Assembly: GCF_036321535.1 (NCBI RefSeq)
Contig: NC_087436.1
Location: forward strand, 60,886,001 to 60,950,000
From: Camelus dromedarius
Lineage: Eukaryota
Direction of reading: 5' to 3'
Length of the DNA stretch: 64,000 nucleotides
Shown: in pieces, positions 21,148-35,400 of the stretch
Numbering within the stretch: position 1 is the first letter of the stretch
Layout: every line of letters begins with the position of its first letter
Position numbers and translations under genes: made by a program
Notes under the pieces: generated by a model
The model's database searches: none
What the model saw: only the letters and a program-made list of their open reading frames with translations
What the model was told of the DNA's origin: nothing

Positions 21148-23084
21148 GTGAGAAGCCATTTAAGTGTGACCAGTGCAGTTATGTGGCCTCTAATCAACAC
21201 GAAGTAACCCGCCATGCAAGACAGGTTCACAATGGGCCTAAACCTCTTAACTGCCCACACTGTGACTACAAAACAGCAGATAGAAGTAATTTCAAAAAAC
21301 ACGTAGAGCTGCATGTGAATCCACGGCAGTTCAATTGCCCTGTATGTGACTATGCAGCTTCCAAGAAGTGCAATCTGCAATATCACTTCAAATCTAAGCA
21401 TCCTACTTGCCCTGATAAAACAATGGATGTCTCAAAAGTGAAACTAAAGAAAACCAAAAAGCGAGAGGCTGACTTGCCTGGTAACAAAATTACTGATGAG
21501 AAAACAGAAAAAGAGCAGACGAAAGTAAAGGGGGATGTGTCTGGGAAGAAAAACGAGAGGTCTGTAAAAGTGGAGAAAAAAGATAATGTTTCAAAAGAGA
21601 AAAAGCCTTACAGTAGTGCCTCAACCCACATGGCTACCAGAACTCGCAAATCAGCCACAGAAACTAAAGAAATGGACATGCATACAGGAAATAACTCAGA
21701 AAAAACCTTTAAAGCCAAGAAAAGCAAAAGGAAGATGGAAGCTGAAGCCCATTCCTTGCAAGATCCTGTTAATGATGAGGAACCTGTGACAAAAAAGAAA
21801 AAGAAGGCAGAAAGCAAGTCAAGAAATATTCAGGAAGTGCCGAAGGGTGACAGCAAAATAGATGAGAATAAAGAGCAAAATATTTGTATAAAAAAAAGTA
21901 CGAAAAAGAAGACTCTGAAAAATAAATCATGTAAAAAAAGCAGCAAGTCTGCTCAAAGGGAGACTGTTCAGAGAAGGCCTTCTCAGATGGAGCCTGTGCA
22001 GGTGGGGCCTGCGCAGATAGAGCCTCCGCCTCCCATGGCATCTGTTCAGGCGGGGCCTGTTCAGGCGGAAGCAACTCCCCCCGTGGGGCCTGCTGAGGTC
22101 GAGGTTGTTCAGAAGGGGCCTGTGCACATGGAGCCTCCTCTTCCCATGGGGCCTGCTGAGGTCGAGATTGTTCAGAAGGGGCTTGTTGAGATGGAGCCTC
22201 CTCCTCCCACGGAGCCGATCCCCAAAAGGTCTCCTCGAAAAGATAATAAGAAGGAAAAGTCCAACATGCAGGGTGAAGTGGCACAGAAAGAGCAGGTCCT
22301 TATTGAAGTTGGCTTAGTGCCTGTTGCAGATAGGCCGCTTCTAAAGGAAAGCACCGGTACACAGGATCTCTTAGCACCGTCACCACCTCTGCCAAAGGAA
22401 AACGTAAAGGAAGAAGAGTCAAAAGACCAAAAATTACTCACTGCAGACGAAGGAAATAAAGAAGCTCCTCTTCAAAAAGTGGAAGCAGAAGATGCAGGTA
22501 AGAGTCTAGCTGGTGTTGCTGCTGTTACCAAGGAATCTGCCCCTATTTCATCCTCTGAAAAGAACTTGAATTTGCCAGAGGGTGAAACTTCAGATGGTGG
22601 ACATCAGGCTGACACTGTGCTTTGTGAAATGGAAGTGGACACTGAGGAAAACAAAACAGAGAATCCCTCTGGCAGAGACCCAGCAGTTGAAGATCCAGTT
22701 CCACCACTGCTTCTTCCTCTGCCACTGGAGAAACATGAAGCAGTGTCCAAAACTGCTATGGCATCACCTCCTGTCACCATGGCAGTAAATGAGTCTCAGG
22801 AAATGGATGAAGACGAAGGCATCCATAGTCACGACGGAAGTGACCTAAGTGACAATTTGTCAGAGGATAGTGATGATTCTGGATTGAATGGGGCTCGGCA
22901 AGTTCCACAAGAAGCTAGTAGAAAGAATGCAAAGGAAGCCTCGGCAGTCAAGGTGACTGAGGGAGATTTTGTTTGTATCTTCTGTGATCGGTCTTTTAGA
23001 AAGGAGAAAGATTACAGCAAACACCTCAATCGCCATTTGGTTAATGTGTACTTCCTTGAAAAGGCAGCTCAAGGGCAGGAGTAA
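21148..23084 (+). CDS. REST: REST terminal coding exon (ZF6-8, Lys-rich, Pro-rich repeats, DEGIHS degron, ZF9); full protein 971 aa
   Basis: EKPFKCDQCSY...HFKSKH, DEDEGIHS, FVCIFCDRSFRKEKDYSKHLNRH...GQE*; acceptor CCTTCAG at 21147; 895+84+1937=2916 nt in frame. Confidence 0.99.
21985..22215 (+). repeat. REST: Coding tandem repeat in the REST Pro-rich region (two ~63-nt units plus degenerate units)
   Basis: TGGGGCCTGCTGAGGTCGAG at 22084 and 22147 (period 63); peptides GPAEVEVVQKGPVHMEPP / GPAEVEIVQKGLVEMEPP. Confidence 0.85.
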
Positions 23085-26000
23085 TTAAACTTTGGAGAAG
23101 GCTTCAGTTCTTAATTTGTAAGGTCTATGACATTTTATCTTCATTTGTAGTTGTAGACAACTTTTTGTTTTTAAAATTGCTTTAATAAGTGTTCAATCTT
23201 GATTTTTAAGTGGCACTCTTTTCCTTAGGACTCTGTATACCTATTGATGTGTAAATTTTAGTAAATCCAAGGGAGTCAGTGTGTTAAACCAGCAGACACC
23301 TAAATCTGTTAGCTTATGCATTTAATTGAACCAGGAAGGCCCAGGTGATACTGGATAGAGCATTCTATTGCTTTGTCCAGATATAACTTGTCAGTTTTTT
23401 CCCCATGTCTATCTTCCTCTTTCACTTTTGTTTATTCTTAGTTCCTTGTCTAGCTCTATACAAATTGGCATACTTAAAAAGCAAATTACTTGAAGAATTT
23501 CCCTGCTTTATATAAAGTTAGCACTTTAAAATTGTTTTAGTGATGAAAAGAGACATTTAAAGTGAAGAGAAATTCTCCCAGCAATGGACATTACGTCAGT
23601 CAAGGTATTTACTTCCTGAGTTTTGATCAATGTTTTTATTTGTGTATGTTAATTGTTACAAAAACAATGATTTTGGTGGGTTGTTTTTTTTTTTTTTGGT
23701 GCTTTAATGGCTTAAGATATTGCACATTGTTGTTGTTTTTAACCTATGCAGTTAAATTTTTCTAGAAATAGCATTTGTATTGTAACACTTTATACATATA
23801 TATGCATGTTTCTTTTTTCCTCTTTGGAGGGATGCTTTTTAGTCTTGTTTGCAAAAGGGCAGTTTTCTTTTTCCTTTGCTGCAATTGTCTTTTTTAGTGT
23901 GTGCAAATTTGTGAGCAAATGAAATATGCAGGTTCAGTCCATAGATACTGATTTTATTATCTTATATCTATGCCAGAATCTGTATTTCATATAAGTAATT
24001 TATTTTAAATGGATGAATTGAATTCATAGCTTTCAGTTTGAACTTTTCAGTAAATAAACCACTAGGCTCTATATTGAATGGATTTTTATCTCAAATAGCA
24101 ACCATAAGTAAAATTATTTGGTCTGCTTTGGGTACAACTCCTTCGTAATTGTACAGTGTTAAGTCATATCCTTGAAGAAAACCTTTTTTAATAGATGGTT
24201 GGTGTTTATATGTCAGAGCTGTAAATGATATTTGGAAATTGCAAATTTGAAATTAGGAGGCATAATTTCTCCTTCAAGTTATACAGAATATCATTTTGTG
24301 AGTCCAAAGCCATAGCAGTTATACAGAAAACGTAGGATGAGAAAGGTAGTATGAGTGCTGGTAGACCAGCTGCTGCTTCTGTGAGTACAATGAAAAAGGC
24401 TGGTGAAACTTAAGTACAGTCCAGATTTTTAAAAAATCACACTTTCTCAGGGATCTCCACCAAGTAGTGGGTTTCCTGGCTGTTCCCATGACAGACAGCC
24501 TTTTTCTCCAGGTGAGGCCTCAATACATTGCAGCTATTCTGGTGTTCCTATGGGGGCACTTTGTGGAAATAGTGTGTACTCCCAATCTGTGTTGGTAGGT
24601 TCTTTGGTCAGTTGCCAAAGAATGTGAAAGAATCTAACATAGGTTTTTTCCTTGCTGGCAGTTACTCATTGCAGTAAAATAAAGTGTGATCCCAGTAGGG
24701 AACCTTGATTCTGATACTCCCATGTTCTATTCTGAAATAACGACTTTATATTTCATTTATTTTTTGGTCTCGTAATCTCTGAGGCAGGTTTCAAGAGTTC
24801 ATCAATATAACATGAAAGATTAGGAAAAGCATTGATGAAGTATGGGTGGAAAATTTGTTAATGTGAGAGGAAAAATTGGGAGGCCAAAGATTTAAAGAAG
24901 CAGGAGATTCTCTCAAGAGAAGAGGAGTAAGTTGTGTGTTACTATGTGTGTTTTGTATGCGTGAATGGAGATTTGTAAATGATACTGAATTCTAGGTGAA
25001 TTCTTGGCTCCGACAATCATTGTCAACAGATCAAGCTGCAACATATTTATGTTTTAAAACTTAAATTATAAGGCTAGTTAAATCTTTTTAACAACTACAT
25101 TTAATGTTCATTGGTATATTTTATGTAAGTTACCTTTTACAATATATATGAAAAAATTCATGTTAAGTACAAATTGGAGATTGGGAATAAGCTTAGAGAA
25201 GAGGTTTTTGTGGATCTTCCATGCTACCAAAGGAAAAAATTCAACTTCTGGGGAATTGGACAAATTTTCTTAGCTAGTATTTAAGACTAGAATGCCAAAA
25301 AGAAAAATATGAAGGAAATTAAAACCCCTAATTCGCAAAGTTATCTGTGAAAACATTGTTACTGGAAATTGAGTGGACTTGAGGTCTTTCTTCCAGAAAA
25401 CAGGGACTTGATTGTCAGACCTATATTAGGTTCTGAACCTTAATGCCATGTATTTGTACTTATTAAAAATTGTTTCAATGAAAAGTATATTAGTAAAATG
25501 AACTTCTAGTCGAGCTGGGAGTTCTTCCAATTGAAAAAATGTGGTATTTGCGTGTGACTGTTTGAAACTTTTTGTTTCCTGAGTTTCTCCTCCACTGAGT
25601 TGAAGCTAGAATTTCCCTTTTGATAAAAGAGTGAAAAGTGAACATGTTATTTGTAAATTGATGTTTAATACTAGAGAGAAAGTTGAAATACTTAGAATAT
25701 AAGCCTAATCCTAGGTAGCCTTATAAAAATGTATCTCTATTAACTGTCCCCTGAACCTGTATTCACATTGATTTTCAAGATATTTTAAGTTATATTTTTT
25801 CCTCTTTTCAGAGCTGCTTCTAAGGGGTTGCTTTTTTCTTTTCTTTCTCTTTCTTTCTTTCTTTCTTTCTTTTTCTTTTTTTGTAAATTGAGGTGTAATT
25901 CACAAAGGGCTGCATTTTTTGTTAAGGTTTCTTACAAGTATGGCTGGATGTTTTTTCTCTAGTCTTGCAAGAAGGGCCATTTTATTTTTTTAGAGTCATT

Positions 26001-26695
26001 TTTAAGTCATGAGGCCTTTAACTTTGGGGACTGTTTTGCATATGAGTGCTAATACAAATTGAAGTGGACCTCATTGTCTGTCACCCCATGAATGCTGACA
26101 ATGGAAAAAATACTTGTAGTTCTGGACTAAAAACTGGGGAAGAAATTTAATTTTCTTTTTTGCACAAATCAGAAAAATAACTACTTTGCAGAGTTTCCTT
26201 GTTGACTTCAGCAGATAAATTGGACTGATAGTATTACAGATTTAAGAAATTATCTGAATCTTGGTTTGAGTAGATTTGGGATCTACATGCAATATTAACT
26301 AGATCAGATAGCTTTTACATTTTCCCATATATACGTAGGCTCTCCCCACCTTTGTCAACATCCATTAGTTATTGAACTTTGTAAGCTGGCATTGAAACAT
26401 TACAACAATGTTTTGTTGCACCAATTTTATAAACTTTTACAGTGCAATATGTGTTATTTTTCAGAGACAAACCAAAGGTTAATTTCTCAAGGTTCTTGTT
26501 GTTTGCTTTAGCAGCATTTGATGGAGGATCTTTTATATACATTTGTAATAGATGAAAAATAAACCAGATTGCAGATTTTTTTTTAAAGCAAATCATATAC
26601 CAAGTTTTTGGTCCAAATTATGTAGGATAAGTTAAACTTAAATTGCATTCTGTTAACGAACATGAGTGGATTTTTGTAAGCATAGTTAATGTTGA

Positions 26696-26701
26696 AATAA
26701 A
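26696..26701 (+). terminator. REST: Likely distal REST polyadenylation signal (alternative AATAAA at 26558)
   Basis: AATAAA followed by GT/T-rich GCCTTTGTTTGTTATTG at the end of a long AT-rich UTR-like tract. Confidence 0.65.
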
Positions 26702-29700
26702 GTTTTAAAAAGCATTTTATGCCTTTGTTTGTTATTGAGACATCAAGTATCGAGGAAATCATTTATTTGGCTGGAATTGGAGGTGTATTAATAATTTTCA
26801 AAATCTTTTCCCCAAATAATCCACAGTAGGTAAAAAGGCTGTGGAAATATTTGGATGAAAATGATGCAGTGGGTAGTAGACCAAAGCCTATCTTCCTATA
26901 ATCTGGTTTCTGGGAGGTGAAGGGGAAGGTAGGGGAGAAACAACCTGCAGACAATTCATGAGATTTTATGTAGTAATTTTTTCCCAACCATAGGCTCCCT
27001 TAACATTTTTAATATACATGTCCAGTCTCAGCAGGACTGATGTTAGTAAATTTTGACTCATAATTGGAAAAAAGATGCATTGAAGGAAAAATAAGTTGAG
27101 CTACATTGAATGTTCACTGAACGTCAGGGCACTGTTTTAAGGATTTTACTGTATTTAATGTAACTCAGAAGAAAATGAAACCCAAGAGTAAGTGGTAATC
27201 CATATTCTTAACAAGGTTCTGCTTCTTTTGTTAATGGAAGTAAGTAGTTGAGTTATATGTTAAAAGCTTTTGCTTTTCTCTGGAGTTGAGAGAACAGGGA
27301 GAGGGAGTTGGAAAAACCTCTTCAGCTATGCAAAGCATCAAAACAAGTGGATCACATTCTGTCCTGATGCAGCAGGTGACCTGGAAGATCAAGAGTCAGG
27401 AAAAAAATGAGTATTTCTTGTTGAACTGGTGAGTGATTAGCCCTCTTTCCCCTCCTGCAAGACTTCCTTTCAGGAACAAAGCAAAATGAATTTCCAACCA
27501 TTTATTTTATTTGCATGGTAGAATCAATGAAAGAAGTATGAAAATTTCTGTCTGACAGAGGATATATGGGGAATTTATCATAATTATATAAATGTTATTG
27601 ATGTGTGACTTTGTTACATTTAATGAAAGAAAGAATGGTTACAAGTGTGTTTATCCAGCTCCTTGCTACTCCTTTCTCAGAGGCTCACCCTGTTAAGATT
27701 TTTACATATATCGTACATTTGCGCTTAACCTGTTGGCCATCCAGGTATTCTCCCAAAGGCCTAAGTCAGGGCTTGACCCTGGTTTGTAGGCAGAGTAACA
27801 GTATAATAGTGTGAGCTCCCCACTTGGGTACTTCACAGCTCTCATCCTCAGCTCCATAAAGGGAGGTTGGTGAGGATGGTAAGAACAATATTCTAATATT
27901 TGGTAATCAGGGGAAGTTTCAGAATTACAAAATTGCCTTTTTAAAGATTTTTAATGCTGGGGTGTATGAGGAGCTTTGTGGCCCTTGCAGTTAGAACTGG
28001 GTTCACTATGGACCTCTCTTCCTTACTACTATAGTTGGGAAATTCATTTTTAACTTTATTAAACCTGTTTCTTCAGAAAATGGGGATATATGTTACATCA
28101 ATCCATAGAGTGGCTTTGAGCGTTAAGTGATTTTGAGCACTTAGCCTAGTGCTTGTCATGTAGTTTCAGTAGTAAGACCTTACTTTTCCTCTAGATAACA
28201 AACCAAATAAATATTAAATATTTAAAATATTTCCTCTATTTGGCACGATTAAGTTGTATAATTTACCTGTTGTCTTGCATGTCTTGCAAAATAGTGAGCT
28301 TCTAATGTTAAAAGTACATGTAGGCTTTTGTGTCAAACGGTATTATAATCTCCATCTTGTGTTCACTGCTTCACTCAACGCACCTAGAAGAGTATCTGGC
28401 CCACTGTGGGGCAAATAGTTGTTAATTGCCCAGGCCAAGAATTCTGTTTGTGGTATCTTTCTTTGTGTGTGTTTCTTCTTGATTTCAATTAATTAATATA
28501 CAATGGTAGTTTTACTGTAATTTTAAAATTCTGGTAATGCAGAAATCTTGGTTCATAAACTTGGATATTTGGATGAATTAACAAGGCAAGGAGAGTTCAC
28601 CTAAGTAGCAGGAAAAATAGCAAGTCTTGAGAAAGAGATTTCGTTAAGAAACTTTTATTTTAAGAAAGGTTCAAACTTACAGAGGAGTTGCAGGAGTGGT
28701 ACCCTGAAATGTTATGTACCCCTTATTTGGATCCACCATTCATATTTGCTTTCTATGTATTATGTATGTGTTATATGGTGGACCCCCAGAAATTAAGTTA
28801 CAGGAATACCCCTTCATCTCTGAAAACTTCAATTTGCATTTCCTAAGGATAAGTGCATTCTCTTCTACAATCACACTATCATGATCAAATTCAGGATTAA
28901 AGATTGATGTAGACCTTAATATACAATCTTAAGTTCAGGTTGTGCTAAATTTGTTAATACTAACCTTTAACAGTCTTCCTGCTCCTAATCCCTCATTGCA
29001 TTTAGTTGTCACATCTCTTCAGTTTCCTGTAATTTGGAACAACTCCTTAGTTTTTCTTCTTCACAGCATTAAGAGTTTGAAGACTCCAGCCAGCTGTTTG
29101 AAGAACATTCCTTAACTTGGATTTTTCTGATTGTTTTCTCATGCTTCAATTCAAGTTGTACATCTTGGCAAGAATACTAGTAGTGGTGCATTACATTGTG
29201 TTAACTTGTACTATTTTGTCTACCAGATTTCTTTGCTGAAGTTATTATTTCCTTTTGTAATTAATATTCTCTGGGATGATATAGTGAAACTCTGTCTTTT
29301 AAACAAACCCAGTGATTTTAGCATCTATTGATTTTTGCTTGAATCGGTTATATCTTACCTTAACTGATATTCTCTGTCAAGAAGAGCTTTCTTTACCTTT
29401 TCTGCATAGACCCAAGTTCTTGTTTCATGTGTTGTCTGACATTCATTCATTTTACCTCTATTCAGCCAATGGGGAGTGCCCTTTCAAATTCCCTAAATGA
29501 GACTCAGAGAGACTCTTACACTGAATAGTTGAAACTCAGATACATCATTTCTCCCTGCTTATCTCTTAAGAGTACTATAAAATTTATGACAGCTTGATTG
29601 AATGTCTTAAGGGTTAAATTGTGGAAATTTACCAGTGGTTAAGATTCTACCTCCAGAAGGGACAATTTTAGAGAACAATATTCTAATTTTTATATTGATT

Positions 29701-32046
29701 TTGAAAACTTCGCACCTTTCTTTTTTGTATACTCTAATTACTTTTTGAAGATCACATAATGCAGGCACAACTACATACTCAGGAAATTCACACAAGTTAA
29801 AATCTATTTTGACTAGCTCTCCCTACTAATCTTACTTTCATTTGTTTCAGAATTAACTAGTATTAATGGCTTACTATTAACTCTTTACCTCCATATGTGT
29901 ATGCATATTGAAATGCTTGGTTTCTATGCTTTTTACATAACTGGAATTATTGATATTCTGCAATGAGTAGAATTTAGAGATCTTTGTCAGTATTTAGGAC
30001 CTTTCTCATTCTTTATAACTATTGCATAATGTTTCATTGTGTGGATGTATCTGGTTTAATCACTTTAATTATTGCCAAAAGTGGTTAACACTCTGAAAGT
30101 TACTTGAGAGTGGACACCGTGTGAAGTGAGTTGTTCAGGGGACCCATAATAATACCTTACACAAAAGTTATGTTTATGCTTATGTTTTTAAGAGAGAACT
30201 TCTTTCAGATTTGCTGTAGTAATCAAGTCTTGCACTCTTTATGTTGAAGGTTTTTTTTTTTTGACATAGAAGATGTGTATATACAAGGTGTTTAATTTAG
30301 TGTTGCTTAAATGATGTACAACATGCTCATTTAACATTCACCATTGGTGTGGAAGGGAATAGCCCCTTGGCACTCAGCTAACATTACTGAGGAGAATGAA
30401 TTATCCATATGATGGTATGTTAAGGAACTGCAATGTAATGAGACAGAGGTCCCTGCTTGAGTATGAGCTACAACAGTTGCTGGAATTAGGCATGTCTGGT
30501 GGATCATTGTGGGGAGTCCAGCAGGAGTTTTATTTGCATGGAAGAACACAGATGTTTCTGATGAAATAAAGCACGGCTTAAAGATACTGCGAATAAGACA
30601 GGCAAGTTTGTCCAGTAACAAGTATAGGACATTCAATTAGAAATCCTTTTGTAAGTACCAGGCACTCTTCTAAGCACATCACATTAACGCTTAATCCTGT
30701 CAACATCCCTAAGTAGGTTGTTATTCCCACTTTGCTTCCTACAGATGTCACACAAGTAGAAGTGGCAGGTCTGCATCACAGTGCCTTTTAGAGTAAGTGA
30801 AGAATGTTATGTGGGGAAATGGGTGCTGTAATAAATACAAGGAGCAATCAGGATGGTAGTCAAAGGCATTTCAGCCTAATGTTAATGTATTAATTATATT
30901 AACACGAAATAGAGGGCACTCTTTAAACAGGCTCCCCTCTATATGATAACATCTAGCTAGTTTATATTTACTAAAGACCATAAGAAGCTTACCAGCAGCA
31001 GTCAGTTTAATTTTACCTTTTTGAGGTGAAAGAAAACTAGTGTAAACCAGTTGTTCCCTGATTCCACTTATGCCTGGTTCTGAGATAAAGCATAAGTGGC
31101 ATTTTTAGATACACCACAATATTCATTATGTGGGTAGCTATTTAAAAACATCAGAACCTATATCATCATTTAAAGTTAAGAGCTGGATTTATGTTAAAAC
31201 ATCCTTGGTTCTTGGGCCCTATGAGCCTGCTGTATTGTACACCCTGATATTTGTCCCATCTGATCCATTTACTAGACTATCACTCAAGTTCCAGACACTT
31301 GGCAACAGGTACCTGTCACCCGGTCTCCCAGAAGCCTTTGGGAGTGGTGGAGACACACAGCAACAAGCCGTCCACTCTAGACAGCAGGAAGTGGTAAGAG
31401 CAACAAATGTGCCCACGTGGGTTTCTGTCTGCTTGTTTGGCATTAGAGATGGAGAAATGCTGGTAGGTGGCCAATGTGAGGAGAGGGACTTTTCCACCCC
31501 ATGTCACTCCATCCCTCTCCTTGTTTGGAGAATCAGGAAAAGGGTTTGTAGGGCCTCAGGGTCATCAGCTTGGATTCTGTCTAAAACCTCCTTTCTCCTT
31601 GGAGAGTGATAGGATGCTATTTAGGGATGTTAAAGTCCTTCACATCTGTGTTCGCACTACCTTCTTTAACAAGACCATGCAGATAACTGACTTCCCAACG
31701 TAGCTTTCTGCTAGTGTAAGTGCTCCTTGAGGGTTGGTTGGTTAGGAGGGGAGATAGCCTAGATTTGTATCTGAATGGGCTTTTTCTCTCTTTAAATTTA
31801 TGAATGTAAGACATGCACAGTGAAAAACAAACCGTTCCTAAAAGATGTATGATAAAATTCAACAGCCTCATGCTCCCTTGTTTCATCAGTCACGTAGCTA
31901 CTACATGTATCTGACTCCTGAGGTAAATTGAAGTCAGCATCAAATTTCTCATTTGATAAATTGACAGTGGAGTCTCTTCATATAGGTCAGAACACAAGGC
32001 ATATTATACTGCATCTTCCTCAAGGTGATGAACATGCTGAGACCTT

Positions 32047-32472
32047 GTGGTAGACAAGTGGCCACAGATTCTTTGCAGCCCTTCAGTCAGCTTGAATGTG
32101 TGCTGCTGTTGTGACTTGCTTTGACCAATACAGTGCAGCAGTGACGCTTGATTTCTGAGCTCCAGCCTCCAGAGGCCTTGCAGCGTCTACTCTCATGCTC
32201 TTTCTGAGCATGATCACCTTGTGAACAAGCCTGAACTGGCCTACTTTTAGGAGGAGATGATAGGTGAGAGTGACCCATGGAAACAGGCCCAGGTTTCCCA
32301 GCTCTAAGAACCATCCCAGATGAAGCTCCTGACATGGAGTGAGGTCTGCAAATGCATATCCCCATTGAGCAGAAGAACCCCTAGATCAAACTACCAAACT
32401 AAAGAATGGGAGCAAATGAAAGCTCAAGTCACTAAGTTTTGGGGTGGTTACTCAGCAATAGATGTGGCTACA
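32047..32472 (+). mobile_element. MaLR (MLT1-like) LTR
   Basis: TGTGGTAGAC start and AAGTCACTAAGTTTTGGGGTGGTT...CAGCAATAGAT end typical of MLT1 LTRs. Confidence 0.6.
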
Positions 32473-35400
32473 AACCTAATTAAGCCCTCAATCTAGTTAA
32501 AAAGAAGCATTTAACAAACGAGCAACTACACCTAGAAGAGACTGAAGCCATGCTGAACAGGGGAGTTCGTGCGTGCAGGGACCATTAAGCATTGTTTTCC
32601 TTTGTTGAACAGCCTCATCCCTGCTGCCATGCTGCAAATCTTCAACACATTCCTCAAATTCCCTTTCCCTAACAGCCTTACTTGTGCACGGAAAAAGATA
32701 TTTTCTTTAGCTAGTGTTTCAATTAAATATACCTTCTATCTGGTATTTTAGGGAAAGTAGTGTCCATTTCTCTAATTTCCTTCCTATTGAATATTTAACC
32801 ATAGTTTAAAGTCAAAGACAGGAAAAAGAGAAATCTTTTTAGGCCAGATGTTAAATGCTGAGGAAAACTGGAGATTATTAAAAAGCTTTTAAATGGGCAA
32901 CCAGGATCCCATTTTAGTGAAAGTAAAATGTGAAAAGGAACAGGAAACAGGATGAGTCCTACACGAGTAGAAAAGACAAGCCATTTAAACAAATTGAGGG
33001 CCAGATTTGGTTTTTGGAGCTATCCAATTTGTGAATAAATAGGGACCTCCAGTTCTCCCGTATACTAAAATAGGGCAAGGATTTTAAATCACAGTTCTAT
33101 TTTAGGATAGTTTAGTGGTGTAATTCTTTGGATGTTTGCATTTCAAATTTACTGTGTATGTAATTTCCTATTTTCTTAATCAGAATTTTGTGATCATGCT
33201 GTTATCTGTCCATGTTACTTGGCAAAGCTCACCAGCGATGTGAAAAGACTCCCAGCTGGCCATGAAAGCAGGCTTATTTGATTTAAAGCTACCTAAGACG
33301 GTAAGACAACATGGAAATTACTGTGGGACCCCAGTTTAGGTTTAGGCAGCATTGCTGGAGTAAGACAGCAAGGGTGTAGCACATCAGATACACACGCACG
33401 CATGCACGCACATACTGGCTTTGAGAAATATTCTCAGGGTGGAATTGTATATGGGAGGATTCAAAGGAAGCTAGAAAGGGAATTAAGAGGCAGTAACAGT
33501 GTTTCCAAGGGCATTGTGTCATTACCTTTGGAGGTCTTCAAAGTGGGTTGCCTTTCTTTTCTGAAATAATACATTTCCCTCATAAGGCTGAACAGTTCCT
33601 TCCTTTAGACTTGTGAGGGGCTCTAGTATACAGAGGAAGTATTGTTTGGTGGTTGAAAACCTGGGTGCTGGTGGAACTGTTTTGTATTGTGATTATGGTG
33701 GTTATTAAATGAACCTATATGTATGTTAAAACCCATAAAAAATTGAAAAGAAAAGAGTCAGTTTTACTGTATAATTAAACAAATCCACAGGGTGTTGGGG
33801 TTTGTGTTTGTTTGAATCAAGCTCTGTCGCTCATTAGTTGTGTGAATGCACAAGTTACTTGTGCCTCAGCGTCCTCAACTCTAAATGCAGGTTAATAGTA
33901 CATACCTCCTGCATGGGGTTATTCTAAGGATTCAGTTAATACATGTTAAGTGCTTAAAACAGTGCCCAGCTTGTTGTACCTGCAAAATAAGGGCTAGTTA
34001 CTATTATTATAAGAATATAAAGGAATAAAAAAGAAGGTATATGGGCTGGCATAGGATTACAGCAGCCATGAATAGTCTGAAATACAATTATCCTGAGATA
34101 CTTGCTTTTAGGCAGGAAAGGAAGAAACTCTAGAAAAGTGTCAGTGCTCCTAAGCAAATTTAAGTCTGCTCTGTTGCTGTTTCTCAGGGAAGGCAAAAAC
34201 CAACCAACCAAAAAAGTGCCCTTGTTCTCCGAATTCATTCACTCATGCAGTGATTACCTGCTATTTTCCAGGCACTTACTGAAAAGCTAGAGGGATCTTG
34301 GCAGTCTCTTACTTCCAAAATCACCTGATGATGTGGTCGTTAGCACATGTGTCTTTTTTGAGTGTGTGGCCTCAGTTTTCTCAAATTTACCAACACTACA
34401 TCAGAGATACTGATGGTGTCTGTGATTAATATCATACCTATTGCACCTACCAGTGAGAATACTAAGACAAATGAAATTCTTCCATTAGGTTGATTACTCA
34501 GAAGGTGAATTCTGAGAATTATCCAATAACCCAAAGGAAGCTTCTGAAAAACAGGAACCTGAGGTCCAAGCCATAGGTGTATTAAATATGCTGTAGACTT
34601 AGGAGTGTTCAGATCATGAAACTCTTGTACTAAATGAGAGACTATTGATGGATGGTCTTTGACATGAAGGGAAAAAGTGAGGCATTATTCCAACATGGTG
34701 TTGAAATATTAACCTTCAGCTGTTCCCCAGCCACTACAGGCCATCAATGGGCAGACAACATGACAGACACGTTAAGAGCAAGCAGGTGCTATCTATTCAA
34801 TTCACATGAGTCTGAAGTCTTGTTTTTATTGTTTAAGAATTACTCTTTGACAGCTGAGAGAAAACAATCCCCCTGGGAGAAGGAGAGCAGCCAACAGAAA
34901 ATGGAACTGTCTGAGAAAGAGTGGAAATGATTCTATTGCTCCATGAGACAGAGCCAAGTGGGAGGGAAGCCAGGGTAAATGATCAGAGGCTGTTCTACAA
35001 AACAGCTCGCCTCAGCTTGAGTGCTGGGTGCCTAATCAGTGGAGCAGTAACCACTCTGCCATGTCTGGCACAGCTGGAGCTCCGAGTTAGTCATCTGTAG
35101 GAAACTCACCTTGATCTCCATTTTGCAAGAAGTGTCTGAATGATCAAGAAACATAAGCACACATGACTGCATCTGTACTCCACTTCTTGGTTATCATGGG
35201 AAGTGTCACGAGTAACATAATTTTAGACTATGGGGAACCACACATTAAAGTTCTATTGATTGGCAGGGCTTGCTGTTTATGGTGATTAAAAATATAGAAT
35301 GTGTTAAACTTTACTTTGTCTTGGTAACTGAAGAACATGCTGCTGTTTTAAAGAGGGCAAAAAAGAGATGGTGGAACTTAAAAAAACCCTGCATTTAATC

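Noticed and set aside
31130..31609. 159-aa intergenic ORF between REST and NOA1
   Set aside because: Non-ATG start, no recognisable domain, no supporting gene structure.
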